Notes under the pieces: model-generated | Database searches by the model: none | The model's input: only the letters and a program-made list of their open reading frames with translations | What the model was told of the DNA's origin: nothing | Program-made: the position numbers and the translations under genes | NCBI RefSeq assembly: GCF_055900595.2 | Contig: NZ_CM148325.1 | Direction: 5' to 3' (one strand) | DNA: 64,000 bases | Shown here: positions 23,801 through 33,928 of the stretch, piece by piece | Layout of the letters: each line of letters opens with the position of its first letter | Position numbering within the stretch: the stretch's first letter is position 1

Positions 23801-25129
23801 CTGAGAGATCCCCTCATAATTTCCCCAAAACGTAACCATGTGTGAATAGATTTTGAGTAAGCAGGGTTGCAGCCACGAGTGAGTCTTCCCTTGTTATTGT
23901 GTAGCCAGAATGCCGCAAAACTTCCATGCCTAAGCGAACTGTTGAGAGTACGTTTCGATTTCTGACTGTGTTAGCCTGGAAGTGCTTGTCCCAACCTTGT
24001 TTCTGAGCATGAACGCCCGCAAGCCAACATGTTAGTTGAAGCATCAGGGCGATTAGCAGCATGATATCAAAACGCTCTGAGCTGCTCGTTCGGCTATGGC
24101 GTAGGCCTAGTCCGTAGGCAGGACTTTTCAAGTCTCGGAAGGTTTCTTCAATCTGCATTCGCTTCGAATAGATATTAACAAGTTGTTTGGGTGTTCGAAT
24201 TTCAACAGGTAAGTTAGTTGCTAGAATCCATGGCTCCTTTGCCGACGCTGAGTAGATTTTAGGTGACGGGTGGTGACAATGAGTCCGTGTCGAGCGCTGA
24301 TTTTTTCGGCCTTTAGAGCGAGATTTATACAATAGAATTTGGCATGAGATTGGATTGCTTTTAGTCAGCCTCTTATAGCCTAAAGTCTTTGAGTGACTAG
24401 ATGACATATCATGTAAGTTGCTGATAGGTTTCCAGTTTTCCGCTCCTAGGTCTGCATATTGTACTTTTCCTCTTACTCGACTTAACCAGTACCAACCCAG
24501 CTTCTCAACGGATTTATACCATGGCACTTTAAAGCCAGCATCACTGACAATGAGCGGTGTGGTGTTACTCGGTAGAATGCTCGCAAGGTCGGCTAGAAAT
24601 TGGTCATGAGCTTTCTTTGAACATTGCTCTGAAAGCGGGAACGCTTTCTCATAAAGAGTAACAGAACGACCGTGTAGTGCGACTGAAGCTCGCAATACCA
24701 TAAGCCGTTTTTGCTCACGGATATCAGACCAGTCAACAAGTACAATGGGCATCGTATTGCCCGAACAGATAAAGCTAGCATGCCAACGGTATACAGCGAG
24801 TCGCTCTTTGTGGAGGTGACGATTACCTAACAATCGGTCGATTCGTTTGATGTTATGTTTTGTTCTCGCTTTGGTTGGCAGGTTACGGCCAAGTTCGGTA
24901 AGAGTGAGAGTTTTACAGTCAAGTAAGGCGTGGCAAGCCAACGTTAAGCTGTTGAGTCGTTTTAAGTGTAATTCGGGGCAGAATTGGTAAAGAGAGTCGT
25001 GTAAAATATCGAGTTCGCACATTTTGTTGTCTGATTATTGATTTTTGGCGAAACCATTTGATCATATGACAAGATGTGTATCCACCTTAACTTAATGATT
25101 TTTACCAAAATCATTAGGGGATTCATCAG
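23801..25129 (-). mobile_element. IS10 (IS4 family), complete 1329-bp copy
   Basis: Ends CTGAGAGATCCCCTCATAATTTCCCC (inside end, 23801) and CTGATGAATCCCCTAATGATTTTGG (outside end, reverse at 25129); contains the 402-aa transposase; 9-bp direct repeats flank it. Confidence 0.95.
23814..25022 (-). CDS. IS10 transposase
   Basis: 402-aa ORF MCELDILHDSLYQFCPELHLKRLNSLTLACHALLDCKTLTLTELGRNLPTK... recognised as IS10/Tn10 transposase. Confidence 0.95.
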   Translation of the reverse strand: MCELDILHDSLYQFCPELHLKRLNSLTLACHALLDCKTLTLTELGRNLPTKARTKHNIKRIDRLLGNRHLHKERLAVYRWHASFICSGNTMPIVLVDWSDIREQKRLMVLRASVALHGRSVTLYEKAFPLSEQCSKKAHDQFLADLASILPSNTTPLIVSDAGFKVPWYKSVEKLGWYWLSRVRGKVQYADLGAENWKPISNLHDMSSSHSKTLGYKRLTKSNPISCQILLYKSRSKGRKNQRSTRTHCHHPSPKIYSASAKEPWILATNLPVEIRTPKQLVNIYSKRMQIEETFRDLKSPAYGLGLRHSRTSSSERFDIMLLIALMLQLTCWLAGVHAQKQGWDKHFQANTVRNRNVLSTVRLGMEVLRHSGYTITREDSLVAATLLTQNLFTHGYVLGKL

Positions 25130-25138
25130 GGCAAAGTG
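25130..25138. repeat. IS10 target-site duplication, right copy (GGCAAAGTG)
   Basis: Direct repeat of 23792-23800. Confidence 0.9.
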
Positions 25139-25486
25139 GGTATTACCGGATTTTGCTATGGCGGTGGTGTATCGAACGCGGCGGCTGTCGCGTATCCGGA
25201 ACTGGCCTGCGCGGTGCCGTTTTATGGTCGTCAGGCACCCACTGCCGATGTGGCGAAGATTGAAGCGCCTTTACTGCTCCACTACGCGGAACTGGATACC
25301 CGAATCAACGAGGGCTGGCCCGCTTACGAGGCGGCGTTGAAAGCCAATAATAAGGTCTATGAGGCGTATATCTATCCGGGGGTTAATCACGGATTCCATA
25401 ATGATTCCACGCCCCGTTATGACAAATCTGCCGCCGATCTTGCCTGGCAAAGGACGCTGAAATGGTTCGATAAATATCTCTCCTGA
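25130..25486 (+). pseudogene. yghX: yghX 3' segment (dienelactone hydrolase C-terminal part)
   Basis: Continues the yghX frame after the IS10/TSD (...GKV|[15 protein letters not shown]...). The IS plus one TSD copy is 1338 bp, which is divisible by 3, so the two segments are in phase. Confidence 0.78.
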
Positions 25487-25604
25487 TAGGTTTATCTCTT
25501 ACGGGATTACGTCTTAAACAAGCATGAAAAAATAGCGTGCGCAAAAGTCGTTCTTTGCCTAAAATATCGCTATATATGACAATATATAGCGAATGAGGTG
25601 AACG

Positions 25605-25892
25605 ATGAATAACCATTTTGGTAAAGGCTTAATGGCGGGATTAAAAGCAACGCATGCCGACAGTGCGGTTAATGTGACAAAATACTGTGCCGGTTATAAA
25701 CGCGGTTTTGTATTAGGCTACTCACACCGGATGTACGAAAAGACCGGAGATCGCCAGCTTAGCGCCTGGGAAGCGGGGATTCTGACGCGCCGCTATGGAC
25801 TGGATAAAGAGATGGTAATGGATTTCTTTCGTGAGAATAATTCCTGTTCTACGTTGCGCTTTTTTATGGCCGGTTATCGCCTCGAAAATTGA
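25605..25892 (+). CDS. yghW: DUF2623 protein YghW
   Basis: 95-aa [27 protein letters not shown]... immediately upstream of hybO. Confidence 0.75.
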   Translation: MNNHFGKGLMAGLKATHADSAVNVTKYCAGYKRGFVLGYSHRMYEKTGDRQLSAWEAGILTRRYGLDKEMVMDFFRENNSCSTLRFFMAGYRLEN

Positions 25893-26080
25893 TCAAACAT
25901 ACGTATTATCTTGCTTTAATTAATTACACTAATGCTTATTCCCTTCGTTTTAGTGCCCCGCCGCAGTATCATGATATCGATAACCATAATAAATGTGTGG
26001 TAAATGGCGCATCGATCGCATTATTGATTTTGCGATTGAGGCAAAATATATGCCAGGTCTTCGCAACGGAATAACTATAA

Positions 26081-27199
26081 ATGACTGGAGATAACACCCT
26101 CATCCATTCTCACGGCATTAACCGTCGTGATTTCATGAAGCTTTGTGCAGCATTAGCCGCCACCATGGGGTTAAGTAGCAAAGCCGCTGCAGAGATGGCC
26201 GAATCGGTTACTAACCCGCAGCGTCCGCCAGTTATCTGGATTGGCGCGCAGGAGTGCACCGGTTGTACGGAATCTCTGCTTCGTGCAACGCATCCAACGG
26301 TAGAAAACCTCATGCTGGAGACGATCTCTCTGGAGTATCACGAAGTGCTTTCCGCCGCCTTCGGTCATCAGGTCGAAGAGAACAAACATAACGCTCTTGA
26401 GAAGTACAAAGGGCAGTATGTGTTAGTGGTAGATGGTTCCATCCCATTAAAAGATAATGGTATTTATTGCATGGTTGCTGGTGAGCCGATTGTGGATCAC
26501 ATCCGCAAAGCGGCGGAAGGCGCAGCAGCCATTATCGCTATCGGTTCCTGCTCTGCGTGGGGCGGTGTTGCTGCAGCTGGAGTTAACCCAACTGGCGCTG
26601 TCAGCCTGCAAGAAGTTCTGCCGGGCAAAACCGTTATCAACATTCCGGGCTGCCCACCGAACCCGCACAACTTCCTCGCGACCGTTGCGCACATCATCAC
26701 TTACGGCAAACCGCCGAAACTGGATGACAAAAACCGTCCGACTTTCGCCTATGGCCGTCTGATTCACGAACACTGCGAACGCCGCCCGCACTTCGATGCT
26801 GGTCGTTTTGCCAAAGAGTTCGGTGATGAAGGCCACCGCGAAGGCTGGTGCCTGTACCACCTCGGCTGTAAAGGGCCAGAAACTTACGGCAACTGCTCAA
26901 CGCTGCAATTCTGCGATGTTGGTGGTGTGTGGCCGGTGGCGATTGGTCACCCGTGCTATGGCTGTAACGAAGAAGGTATCGGCTTCCATAAAGGCATCCA
27001 TCAGCTTGCCAACGTCGAAAACCAGACTCCGCGTTCGCAGAAACCGGATGTTAACGCTAAAGAGGGCGGCAACGTCTCTGCGGGCGCTATCGGTTTGCTC
27101 GGCGGTGTGGTTGGGCTGGTTGCCGGTGTCAGCGTGATGGCGGTGCGTGAACTGGGTCGTCAGCAAAAGAAAGATAACGCTGACTCACGGGGAGAATAA
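26081..27199 (+). CDS. hybO: Hydrogenase-2 small subunit HybO
   Basis: 372-aa ORF with Tat signal ([13 protein letters not shown]), [NiFe]-hydrogenase small-subunit Cys clusters and C-terminal TM anchor. Confidence 0.95.
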   Translation: MTGDNTLIHSHGINRRDFMKLCAALAATMGLSSKAAAEMAESVTNPQRPPVIWIGAQECTGCTESLLRATHPTVENLMLETISLEYHEVLSAAFGHQVEENKHNALEKYKGQYVLVVDGSIPLKDNGIYCMVAGEPIVDHIRKAAEGAAAIIAIGSCSAWGGVAAAGVNPTGAVSLQEVLPGKTVINIPGCPPNPHNFLATVAHIITYGKPPKLDDKNRPTFAYGRLIHEHCERRPHFDAGRFAKEFGDEGHREGWCLYHLGCKGPETYGNCSTLQFCDVGGVWPVAIGHPCYGCNEEGIGFHKGIHQLANVENQTPRSQKPDVNAKEGGNVSAGAIGLLGGVVGLVAGVSVMAVRELGRQQKKDNADSRGE

Positions 27200-27201
27200 C
27201 C

Positions 27202-28188
27202 GTGAACAGACGTAATTTTATTAAAGCAGCCTCCTGCGGGGCATTGCTGACGGGCGCGTTGCCGTCTGTCAGTCATGCGGCTGCTGAAAACCGCCCGCCA
27301 ATTCCGGGATCGCTGGGGATGTTGTATGACTCGACGCTGTGCGTAGGCTGCCAGGCTTGCGTCACTAAGTGTCAGGATATCAACTTCCCTGAACGTAACC
27401 CACAAGGGGAACAGACCTGGTCGAATAACGACAAACTGTCGCCGTACACCAATAACATTATCCAGGTGTGGACCAGCGGCACGGGAGTCAACAAAGACCA
27501 GGAAGAGAACGGCTATGCGTACATTAAGAAACAGTGTATGCACTGCGTCGATCCGAACTGTGTCTCCGTGTGCCCGGTCTCCGCGCTGAAAAAAGATCCG
27601 AAAACCGGCATTGTCCATTACGACAAAGATGTGTGCACCGGCTGCCGTTACTGCATGGTCGCCTGCCCGTACAACGTGCCGAAGTACGACTACAACAACC
27701 CGTTTGGTGCGCTGCATAAGTGCGAGCTGTGCAACCAGAAAGGTGTGGAACGTCTTGATAAAGGCGGTCTGCCTGGCTGCGTAGAAGTGTGCCCGGCGGG
27801 CGCGGTGATTTTTGGTACGCGTGAAGAGCTGATGGCGGAGGCGAAAAAACGTCTGGCGCTGAAGCCTGGCAGCGAATACCACTATCCGCGTCAGACGCTG
27901 AAATCTGGCGACACTTACCTGCATACGGTGCCGAAATATTATCCGCATCTGTACGGCGAGAAAGAGGGCGGCGGTACTCAGGTACTGGTACTGACGGGTG
28001 TGCCTTATGAAAATCTCGACCTGCCGAAACTGGACGATCTTTCTACTGGTGCGCGTTCCGAACATGTTCAACACACCCTGTATAAAGGCATGATGCTACC
28101 ACTGGCTGTGCTGGCGGGCTTAACCGTGCTGGTTCGTCGCAACACCAAAAACGACCATCACGACGGAGGAGACGATCATGAGTCATGA
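27202..28188 (+). CDS. hybA: Hydrogenase-2 ferredoxin-type subunit HybA
   Basis: GTG start; Tat-like signal RRNFIKAAS; multiple 4Fe-4S CxxCxxCxxxCP motifs. Confidence 0.93.
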   Translation: MNRRNFIKAASCGALLTGALPSVSHAAAENRPPIPGSLGMLYDSTLCVGCQACVTKCQDINFPERNPQGEQTWSNNDKLSPYTNNIIQVWTSGTGVNKDQEENGYAYIKKQCMHCVDPNCVSVCPVSALKKDPKTGIVHYDKDVCTGCRYCMVACPYNVPKYDYNNPFGALHKCELCNQKGVERLDKGGLPGCVEVCPAGAVIFGTREELMAEAKKRLALKPGSEYHYPRQTLKSGDTYLHTVPKYYPHLYGEKEGGGTQVLVLTGVPYENLDLPKLDDLSTGARSEHVQHTLYKGMMLPLAVLAGLTVLVRRNTKNDHHDGGDDHES

Positions 28189-29356
28189 TCCACAACCGCT
28201 GGGCGGCAAAATCATCAGTAAACCGGTCATGATTTTTGGACCGTTAATCGTCATCTGTATGCTCCTGATTGTGAAGCGTCTGGTGTTCGGTCTGGGCTCT
28301 GTCTCTGACCTGAACGGCGGCTTCCCGTGGGGCGTGTGGATCGCGTTTGACCTGTTGATCGGCACCGGCTTCGCCTGTGGCGGCTGGGCGCTGGCGTGGG
28401 CGGTATACGTCTTTAACCGTGGGCAATACCATCCGCTGGTACGTCCGGCACTGTTGGCAAGTCTGTTTGGTTACTCACTGGGTGGCTTGTCGATCACTAT
28501 CGACGTGGGGCGCTACTGGAACCTGCCGTACTTCTACATTCCGGGTCACTTCAACGTGAACTCGGTACTGTTCGAGACGGCGGTCTGTATGACCATCTAC
28601 ATCGGCGTGATGGCACTGGAGTTTGCTCCGGCACTGTTTGAACGTCTGGGCTGGAAAGTGTCGCTACAGCGTCTGAACAAGGTGATGTTCTTCATCATCG
28701 CGCTCGGCGCGCTGCTGCCAACTATGCACCAGTCTTCAATGGGGTCGCTGATGATCTCGGCGGGCTACAAGGTGCATCCGCTGTGGCAAAGCTATGAAAT
28801 GTTGCCGCTGTTCTCGCTGTTGACGGCGTTCATCATGGGCTTCTCGATTGTCATCTTTGAAGGTTCGCTGGTGCAGGCGGGTCTGCGTGGCAACGGTCCG
28901 GATGAAAAGAGCCTGTTCGTCAAACTGACCAACACCATCAGTGTGTTGCTGGCGATTTTCATCGTGTTGCGCTTTGGCGAGCTGATCTATCGCGACAAGC
29001 TGTCGTTAGCGTTTGCCGGTGACTTCTACTCCGTGATGTTCTGGATTGAAGTCCTGCTGATGCTCTTCCCGCTGGTTGTTCTGCGTGTGGCGAAGCTGCG
29101 TAATGATTCCCGCATGCTGTTCCTGTCAGCATTGAGCGCACTGTTAGGTTGTGCAACCTGGCGTCTGACCTATTCGCTGGTGGCATTCAACCCGGGCGGC
29201 GGTTACGCCTACTTCCCGACCTGGGAAGAACTGTTGATTTCTATTGGTTTTGTGGCTATTGAGATTTGCGCTTACATCGTACTCATTCGTCTACTGCCGA
29301 TACTTCCTCCTTTAAAACAAAACGATCATAATCGTCATGAGGCGAGCAAAGCATGA
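28178..29356 (+). CDS. hybB: Hydrogenase-2 membrane subunit HybB (NrfD/PsrC-like)
   Basis: 392-aa polytopic membrane protein; overlaps hybA by 11 nt and hybC by 4 nt. Confidence 0.95.
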   Translation: MSHDPQPLGGKIISKPVMIFGPLIVICMLLIVKRLVFGLGSVSDLNGGFPWGVWIAFDLLIGTGFACGGWALAWAVYVFNRGQYHPLVRPALLASLFGYSLGGLSITIDVGRYWNLPYFYIPGHFNVNSVLFETAVCMTIYIGVMALEFAPALFERLGWKVSLQRLNKVMFFIIALGALLPTMHQSSMGSLMISAGYKVHPLWQSYEMLPLFSLLTAFIMGFSIVIFEGSLVQAGLRGNGPDEKSLFVKLTNTISVLLAIFIVLRFGELIYRDKLSLAFAGDFYSVMFWIEVLLMLFPLVVLRVAKLRNDSRMLFLSALSALLGCATWRLTYSLVAFNPGGGYAYFPTWEELLISIGFVAIEICAYIVLIRLLPILPPLKQNDHNRHEASKA

Positions 29357-31056
29357 GCCAGAGAATTACTATTGATCCGGTAACCCGAATTGAAGGGCAT
29401 TTACGCATCGATTGCGAAATCGAAAATGGCGTCGTTTCGAAAGCATGGGCTTCCGGTACCATGTGGCGCGGCATGGAAGAGATCGTGAAAAACCGCGATC
29501 CGCGCGATGCATGGATGATTGTGCAACGTATCTGTGGCGTATGTACTACCACTCACGCGCTGTCTTCTGTCCGTGTGGCAGAGAGCGCGCTGAATATCGA
29601 CGTTCCGGTTAACGCGCAATACATCCGTAACATCATTCTGGCTGCGCACACCACGCATGACCATATCGTTCATTTCTATCAGCTTTCAGCGCTGGACTGG
29701 GTGGACATCACTTCTGCACTGCAAGCTGACCCAACCAAAGCCTCGGAAATGCTGAAAGGCGTTTCGACCTGGCATCTGAACAGCCCGGAAGAGTTCACTA
29801 AAGTTCAGAACAAGATCAAAGATCTGGTTGCCAGCGGTCAGTTGGGTATTTTCGCTAATGGCTACTGGGGGCACCCGGCAATGAAACTGCCGCCGGAAGT
29901 GAACCTGATTGCGGTAGCGCACTACCTGCAGGCGCTGGAGTGCCAGCGTGACGCTAACCGCGTCGTGGCGCTGCTGGGCGGTAAAACGCCGCACATTCAG
30001 AACCTGGCGGTAGGTGGTGTCGCGAACCCGATCAACCTCGACGGTCTGGGTGTGCTGAACCTTGAGCGCCTGATGTACATCAAGTCTTTCATCGACAAAC
30101 TGAGCGACTTTGTTGAGCAGGTTTACAAGGTTGATACCGCGGTTATCGCCGCGTTCTATCCGGAATGGCTGACGCGCGGCAAAGGTGCGGTGAACTACCT
30201 GAGCGTGCCGGAATTCCCGACCGACAGCAAAAACGGCAGCTTCCTGTTCCCGGGCGGCTACATTGAGAATGCGGATCTGTCCTCGTATCGCCCGATCACT
30301 TCCCACTCCGATGAATACCTGATCAAAGGCATTCAGGAAAGCGCGAAGCACTCCTGGTATAAAGACGAAGCGCCGCAGGCACCGTGGGAAGGTACCACCA
30401 TTCCGGCTTATGATGGTTGGTCTGACGACGGGAAATATTCCTGGGTGAAATCACCGACTTTCTACGGCAAAACGGTAGAAGTGGGTCCGCTGGCTAATAT
30501 GCTGGTGAAACTGGCGGCAGGTCGCGAATCTACCCAGAATAAACTGAATGAAATCGTTGCGATTTATCAGAAACTGACTGGCAACACGCTGGAAGTGGCG
30601 CAGCTGCACTCCACGCTGGGCCGTATTATTGGTCGTACCGTTCACTGCTGCGAATTGCAGGATATCCTGCAAAACCAATACAGTGCACTGATCACCAATA
30701 TCGGCAAAGGCGATCACACCACCTTCGTGAAACCGAACATTCCGGCAACGGGTGAGTTCAAAGGTGTTGGCTTCCTCGAAGCGCCGCGCGGTATGCTCTC
30801 TCACTGGATGGTTATTAAAGACGGTATCATCAGCAACTACCAGGCGGTTGTTCCATCAACCTGGAACTCTGGCCCGCGTAACTTCAATGATGACGTCGGT
30901 CCTTACGAGCAGTCGCTGGTGGGTACGCCGGTTGCCGATCCGAATAAACCGCTGGAAGTGGTGCGTACCATTCACTCCTTCGACCCGTGCATGGCCTGTG
31001 CGGTACACGTAGTGGATGCCGACGGCAACGAAGTGGTTTCAGTGAAGGTTCTGTAA
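29353..31056 (+). CDS. hybC: Hydrogenase-2 large subunit HybC
   Basis: 567-aa ORF with N-terminal RICGVC and C-terminal DPCMACAVH Ni-Fe ligand motifs. Confidence 0.97.
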   Translation: MSQRITIDPVTRIEGHLRIDCEIENGVVSKAWASGTMWRGMEEIVKNRDPRDAWMIVQRICGVCTTTHALSSVRVAESALNIDVPVNAQYIRNIILAAHTTHDHIVHFYQLSALDWVDITSALQADPTKASEMLKGVSTWHLNSPEEFTKVQNKIKDLVASGQLGIFANGYWGHPAMKLPPEVNLIAVAHYLQALECQRDANRVVALLGGKTPHIQNLAVGGVANPINLDGLGVLNLERLMYIKSFIDKLSDFVEQVYKVDTAVIAAFYPEWLTRGKGAVNYLSVPEFPTDSKNGSFLFPGGYIENADLSSYRPITSHSDEYLIKGIQESAKHSWYKDEAPQAPWEGTTIPAYDGWSDDGKYSWVKSPTFYGKTVEVGPLANMLVKLAAGRESTQNKLNEIVAIYQKLTGNTLEVAQLHSTLGRIIGRTVHCCELQDILQNQYSALITNIGKGDHTTFVKPNIPATGEFKGVGFLEAPRGMLSHWMVIKDGIISNYQAVVPSTWNSGPRNFNDDVGPYEQSLVGTPVADPNKPLEVVRTIHSFDPCMACAVHVVDADGNEVVSVKVL

Positions 31057-31550
31057 TGCGTATTTTAGTCTTAGGGGTTGGCAATATTTTGCTGACCGAT
31101 GAAGCCATCGGTGTGCGGATTGTCGAAGCGTTAGAGCAACGATATATTCTGCCAGATTATGTTGAGATCCTCGATGGCGGCACGGCGGGAATGGAGCTGC
31201 TTGGCGACATGGCAAATCGTGATCATCTGATCATTGCGGATGCCATTGTGTCGAAGAAGAGCGCGCCGGGAACGATGATGATCCTGCGGGATGAAGAAGT
31301 TCCGGCGTTGTTTACCAACAAAATCTCTCCGCATCAGCTTGGCCTGGCCGACGTATTGTCGGCCCTGCGCTTCACCGGTGAGTTTCCGAAAAAGCTGACC
31401 CTGGTCGGCGTGATCCCGGAATCGCTGGAGCCACACATCGGCTTAACGCCGACGGTTGAAGCAATGATTGAACCTGCGCTTGAGCATGTTCTGGCTGCGC
31501 TGCGCGAATCAGGCGTGGAAGCCATCCCACGGGAGGCGATTCATGACTGA
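31056..31550 (+). CDS. hybD: Hydrogenase-2 maturation endopeptidase HybD
   Basis: ATG overlaps the hybC stop (TAATG); MRILVLGVGNILLTDEAIG... 164 aa. Confidence 0.9.
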   Translation: MRILVLGVGNILLTDEAIGVRIVEALEQRYILPDYVEILDGGTAGMELLGDMANRDHLIIADAIVSKKSAPGTMMILRDEEVPALFTNKISPHQLGLADVLSALRFTGEFPKKLTLVGVIPESLEPHIGLTPTVEAMIEPALEHVLAALRESGVEAIPREAIHD

Positions 31551-32031
31551 AGAGATAGCAGGTTTCCAGACCTCCCCGAAGGCGCAAGTACAGGCAGCGT
31601 TTGAAGAAATTGCCCGGCGTTCGATGCACGATCTCTCTTTTCTGCATCCTTCAATGCCGGTGTATGTTTCTGACTTTACGCTGTTCGAAGGTCAGTGGAC
31701 GGGGTGTGTGATCACCCCGTGGATGCTGAGTGCGGTTATCTTCCCCGGCCCGGATCAACTCTGGCCACTGCGCAAAGTGAGTGAAAAAATTGGTCTGCAA
31801 CTGCCGTATGGCACCATGACCTTTACCGTTGGCGAACTGGACGGTGTTTCGCAATACCTCTCCTGCTCGCTGATGTCGCCGCTTTCGCACAGCATGTCGA
31901 TTGAAGAGGGCCAACGCCTGACGGATGACTGCGCACGAATGATCCTTTCGCTGCCAGTCACGAATCCGGATGTACCACACGCAGGGCGTCGCGCCCTGCT
32001 GTTTGGCCGCAGGAGTGGCGAAAATGCATGA
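31543..32031 (+). CDS. hybE: Hydrogenase-2 operon chaperone HybE
   Basis: ATG at 31543 (MTEEIAGFQTSPKAQ..., 162 aa), overlaps the hybD stop. Confidence 0.85.
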   Translation: MTEEIAGFQTSPKAQVQAAFEEIARRSMHDLSFLHPSMPVYVSDFTLFEGQWTGCVITPWMLSAVIFPGPDQLWPLRKVSEKIGLQLPYGTMTFTVGELDGVSQYLSCSLMSPLSHSMSIEEGQRLTDDCARMILSLPVTNPDVPHAGRRALLFGRRSGENA

Positions 32032-32365
32032 GTTGTCGCTTTGCCAGAGCGCCGTTGAAATTATCCAACGGCAGGCGGAGCAGCACGATGTTAAGCGCGT
32101 CACCGCCGTGTGGCTGGAAATTGGCGCGCTCTCCTGCGTTGAGGAGAGCGCCGTCCGTTTTAGTTTTGAAATTGTCTGCCACGGAACGGTGGCGCAAGGG
32201 TGCGATTTACATATCGTCTATAAACCCGCCCAGGCCTGGTGCTGGGATTGCAGCCAGGTGGTGGAGATTCATCAGCACGATGCGCAGTGTCCGCTCTGTC
32301 ATGGCGAGCGGTTGCGTGTCGATACCGGCGATTCGCTGATCGTCAAAAGTATTGAAGTTGAATAA
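32024..32365 (+). CDS. hybF: Hydrogenase nickel-insertion protein HybF (HypA paralogue)
   Basis: MHELSLCQSAVEII... with CxxC...CPxC zinc motif, 113 aa. Confidence 0.9.
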   Translation: MHELSLCQSAVEIIQRQAEQHDVKRVTAVWLEIGALSCVEESAVRFSFEIVCHGTVAQGCDLHIVYKPAQAWCWDCSQVVEIHQHDAQCPLCHGERLRVDTGDSLIVKSIEVE

Positions 32366-32377
32366 CCGGAGTTAACA

Positions 32378-32626
32378 ATGTGTATTGGCGTTCCAGGCCA
32401 GGTGCTGGCTGTCGGTGAAGATATTCACCAGCTTGCGCAGGTTGAAGTATGTGGTATCAAGCGCGACGTGAATATCGCCCTGATTTGTGAAGGTAACCCT
32501 GCCGATCTGCTGGGCCAGTGGGTGCTGGTACACGTCGGATTTGCCATGAGCATCATCGACGAAGATGAAGCCAAAGCCACATTAGACGCGCTGCGCCAAA
32601 TGGATTACGACATTACCAGCGCGTGA
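32378..32626 (+). CDS. hybG: Hydrogenase maturation factor HybG (HypC family)
   Basis: 82-aa ORF starting MCIGVPGQV (HypC N-terminal Cys2 motif). Confidence 0.9.
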
Positions 32627-32635
32627 TGATTAGCT

Positions 32636-32822
32636 TTCGTAGGCCTGATAAGACGCGACAGCGTCGCATCAGGCATTGTGCACGATTGCCGGATGCGGCG
32701 TGAACGCCTTATCCGGCCTACCGTTCGGGTGCCGATTGTAGGCCTGATAAGACGCGGCAGCGTCGCATCAGGCATTATGCACGATTGCCGGATGCGGCGT
32801 GAACGCCTTTTCCGGCCTACCT
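32636..32822. repeat. Tandem REP/BIME elements between convergent hybG and yghU
   Basis: Two near-identical ~85-bp units (GTAGGCCTGATAAGACGCG.CAGCGTCGCATCAGGCATT.TGCACGATTGCCGGATGCGGCGTGAACGCCTT.TCCGGCCTAC). Confidence 0.7.
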
Positions 32823-32857
32823 CGGCCTGGATGGCTTGCTGCGACGAACACCAACCC

Positions 32858-33724
32858 TTACCCCTGACGCTTATCTTCCGTATTCGTCTCGAAATCACTG
32901 GCGTCATGGCGTTCATGCAACTGCTCGTTCAGCGGTCCGTTGGTGCGGTTAACAATACGCCCACGCTTCACCGCCGGACGTTCGCCCACTTCTTTCGCCC
33001 AGCGTTGCACATGTTTATAACTTCCCGCATCCAGAAACTCTGCGGCATCATACACGCCGCCGAGCACCACGTTGCCAAACCACGGCCAAATCGCCATATC
33101 CGCAATGGTGTACTCATCGCCCGCAACAAACTTATGCTGCGCCAGTTGCTTATCCAGCACGTCGAGCAGGCGCTTGGCTTCCATAGTAAAGCGGTTGATG
33201 GCGTACTCAATTTTCACCGGCGCGTAATGGTAAAAGTGACCAAAACCACCGCCGAGGAACGGCGCGGCACCCTGTAACCAGAACAGCCAGTTCAGCGTTT
33301 CAGTCCGTTTTGCCAGATCCTGCGGCAGGAAGTAGCCAAATTTCTCCGCCAGATAAAGCAGAATCGATCCAGACTCAAACACGCGGATCGGCGGAGTATG
33401 GGTATGGTCGCGCAGCGCCGGGATCTTCGAGTTTGGGTTCACTTCGACAAAGCCGCTGGAGAATTGATCGCCATCGCCAATACGAATCAGCCAGGCGTCG
33501 TACTCTGCACCAGTAACGCCCAGCGCCAGCAGCTCCTCAAGCATAATCGTTACTTTCTGACCGTTCGGCGTTCCCAGTGAATAGAGTTGCAGCGGATGTT
33601 TGCCCACCGGCAGCGTTTTTTCATGCGTCGGACCAGAAACCGGGCGATTGATATTGGCGAACGCGCCGCCAGCGGATTTATCCCACGTCCAGACTTTCGC
33701 GGGCTGATAAGTATTGTCTGTCAT
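32858..33724 (-). CDS. yghU: Nu-class glutathione S-transferase-like protein YghU
   Basis: Start at ATG 33724 (MTDNTYQPAKVWTWDKSAGG..., 288 aa). Confidence 0.9.
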   Translation of the reverse strand: MTDNTYQPAKVWTWDKSAGGAFANINRPVSGPTHEKTLPVGKHPLQLYSLGTPNGQKVTIMLEELLALGVTGAEYDAWLIRIGDGDQFSSGFVEVNPNSKIPALRDHTHTPPIRVFESGSILLYLAEKFGYFLPQDLAKRTETLNWLFWLQGAAPFLGGGFGHFYHYAPVKIEYAINRFTMEAKRLLDVLDKQLAQHKFVAGDEYTIADMAIWPWFGNVVLGGVYDAAEFLDAGSYKHVQRWAKEVGERPAVKRGRIVNRTNGPLNEQLHERHDASDFETNTEDKRQG

Positions 33725-33928
33725 AGTGAGTTGCCTTCTCAGTGGTAGTGTTGAAGCAGTGTAGCAGGTCACTTGCTGTACAGAATGTGAATTTTTTAAC
33801 CCTTTGCGCCAGCCGCTGCGATGAGGTGTATGATTAGTCTGACCTCTGTCCGGTTAATGTCGCTGAGCAGGTAATCAGAGCACAACAATTACGCCAACTG
33901 CTTAGGTTGTATTGTTAAAGGTAAAGTG

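Noticed and set aside
27160-28074. 304-aa minus-strand ORF inside hybA
   Set aside because: Antisense to the Fe-S subunit gene; an artefact of GC-rich codon usage.
29686-30351. 221-aa minus-strand ORF (plus several shorter ones) inside hybC
   Set aside because: Antisense to the [NiFe] large-subunit gene; no motifs.
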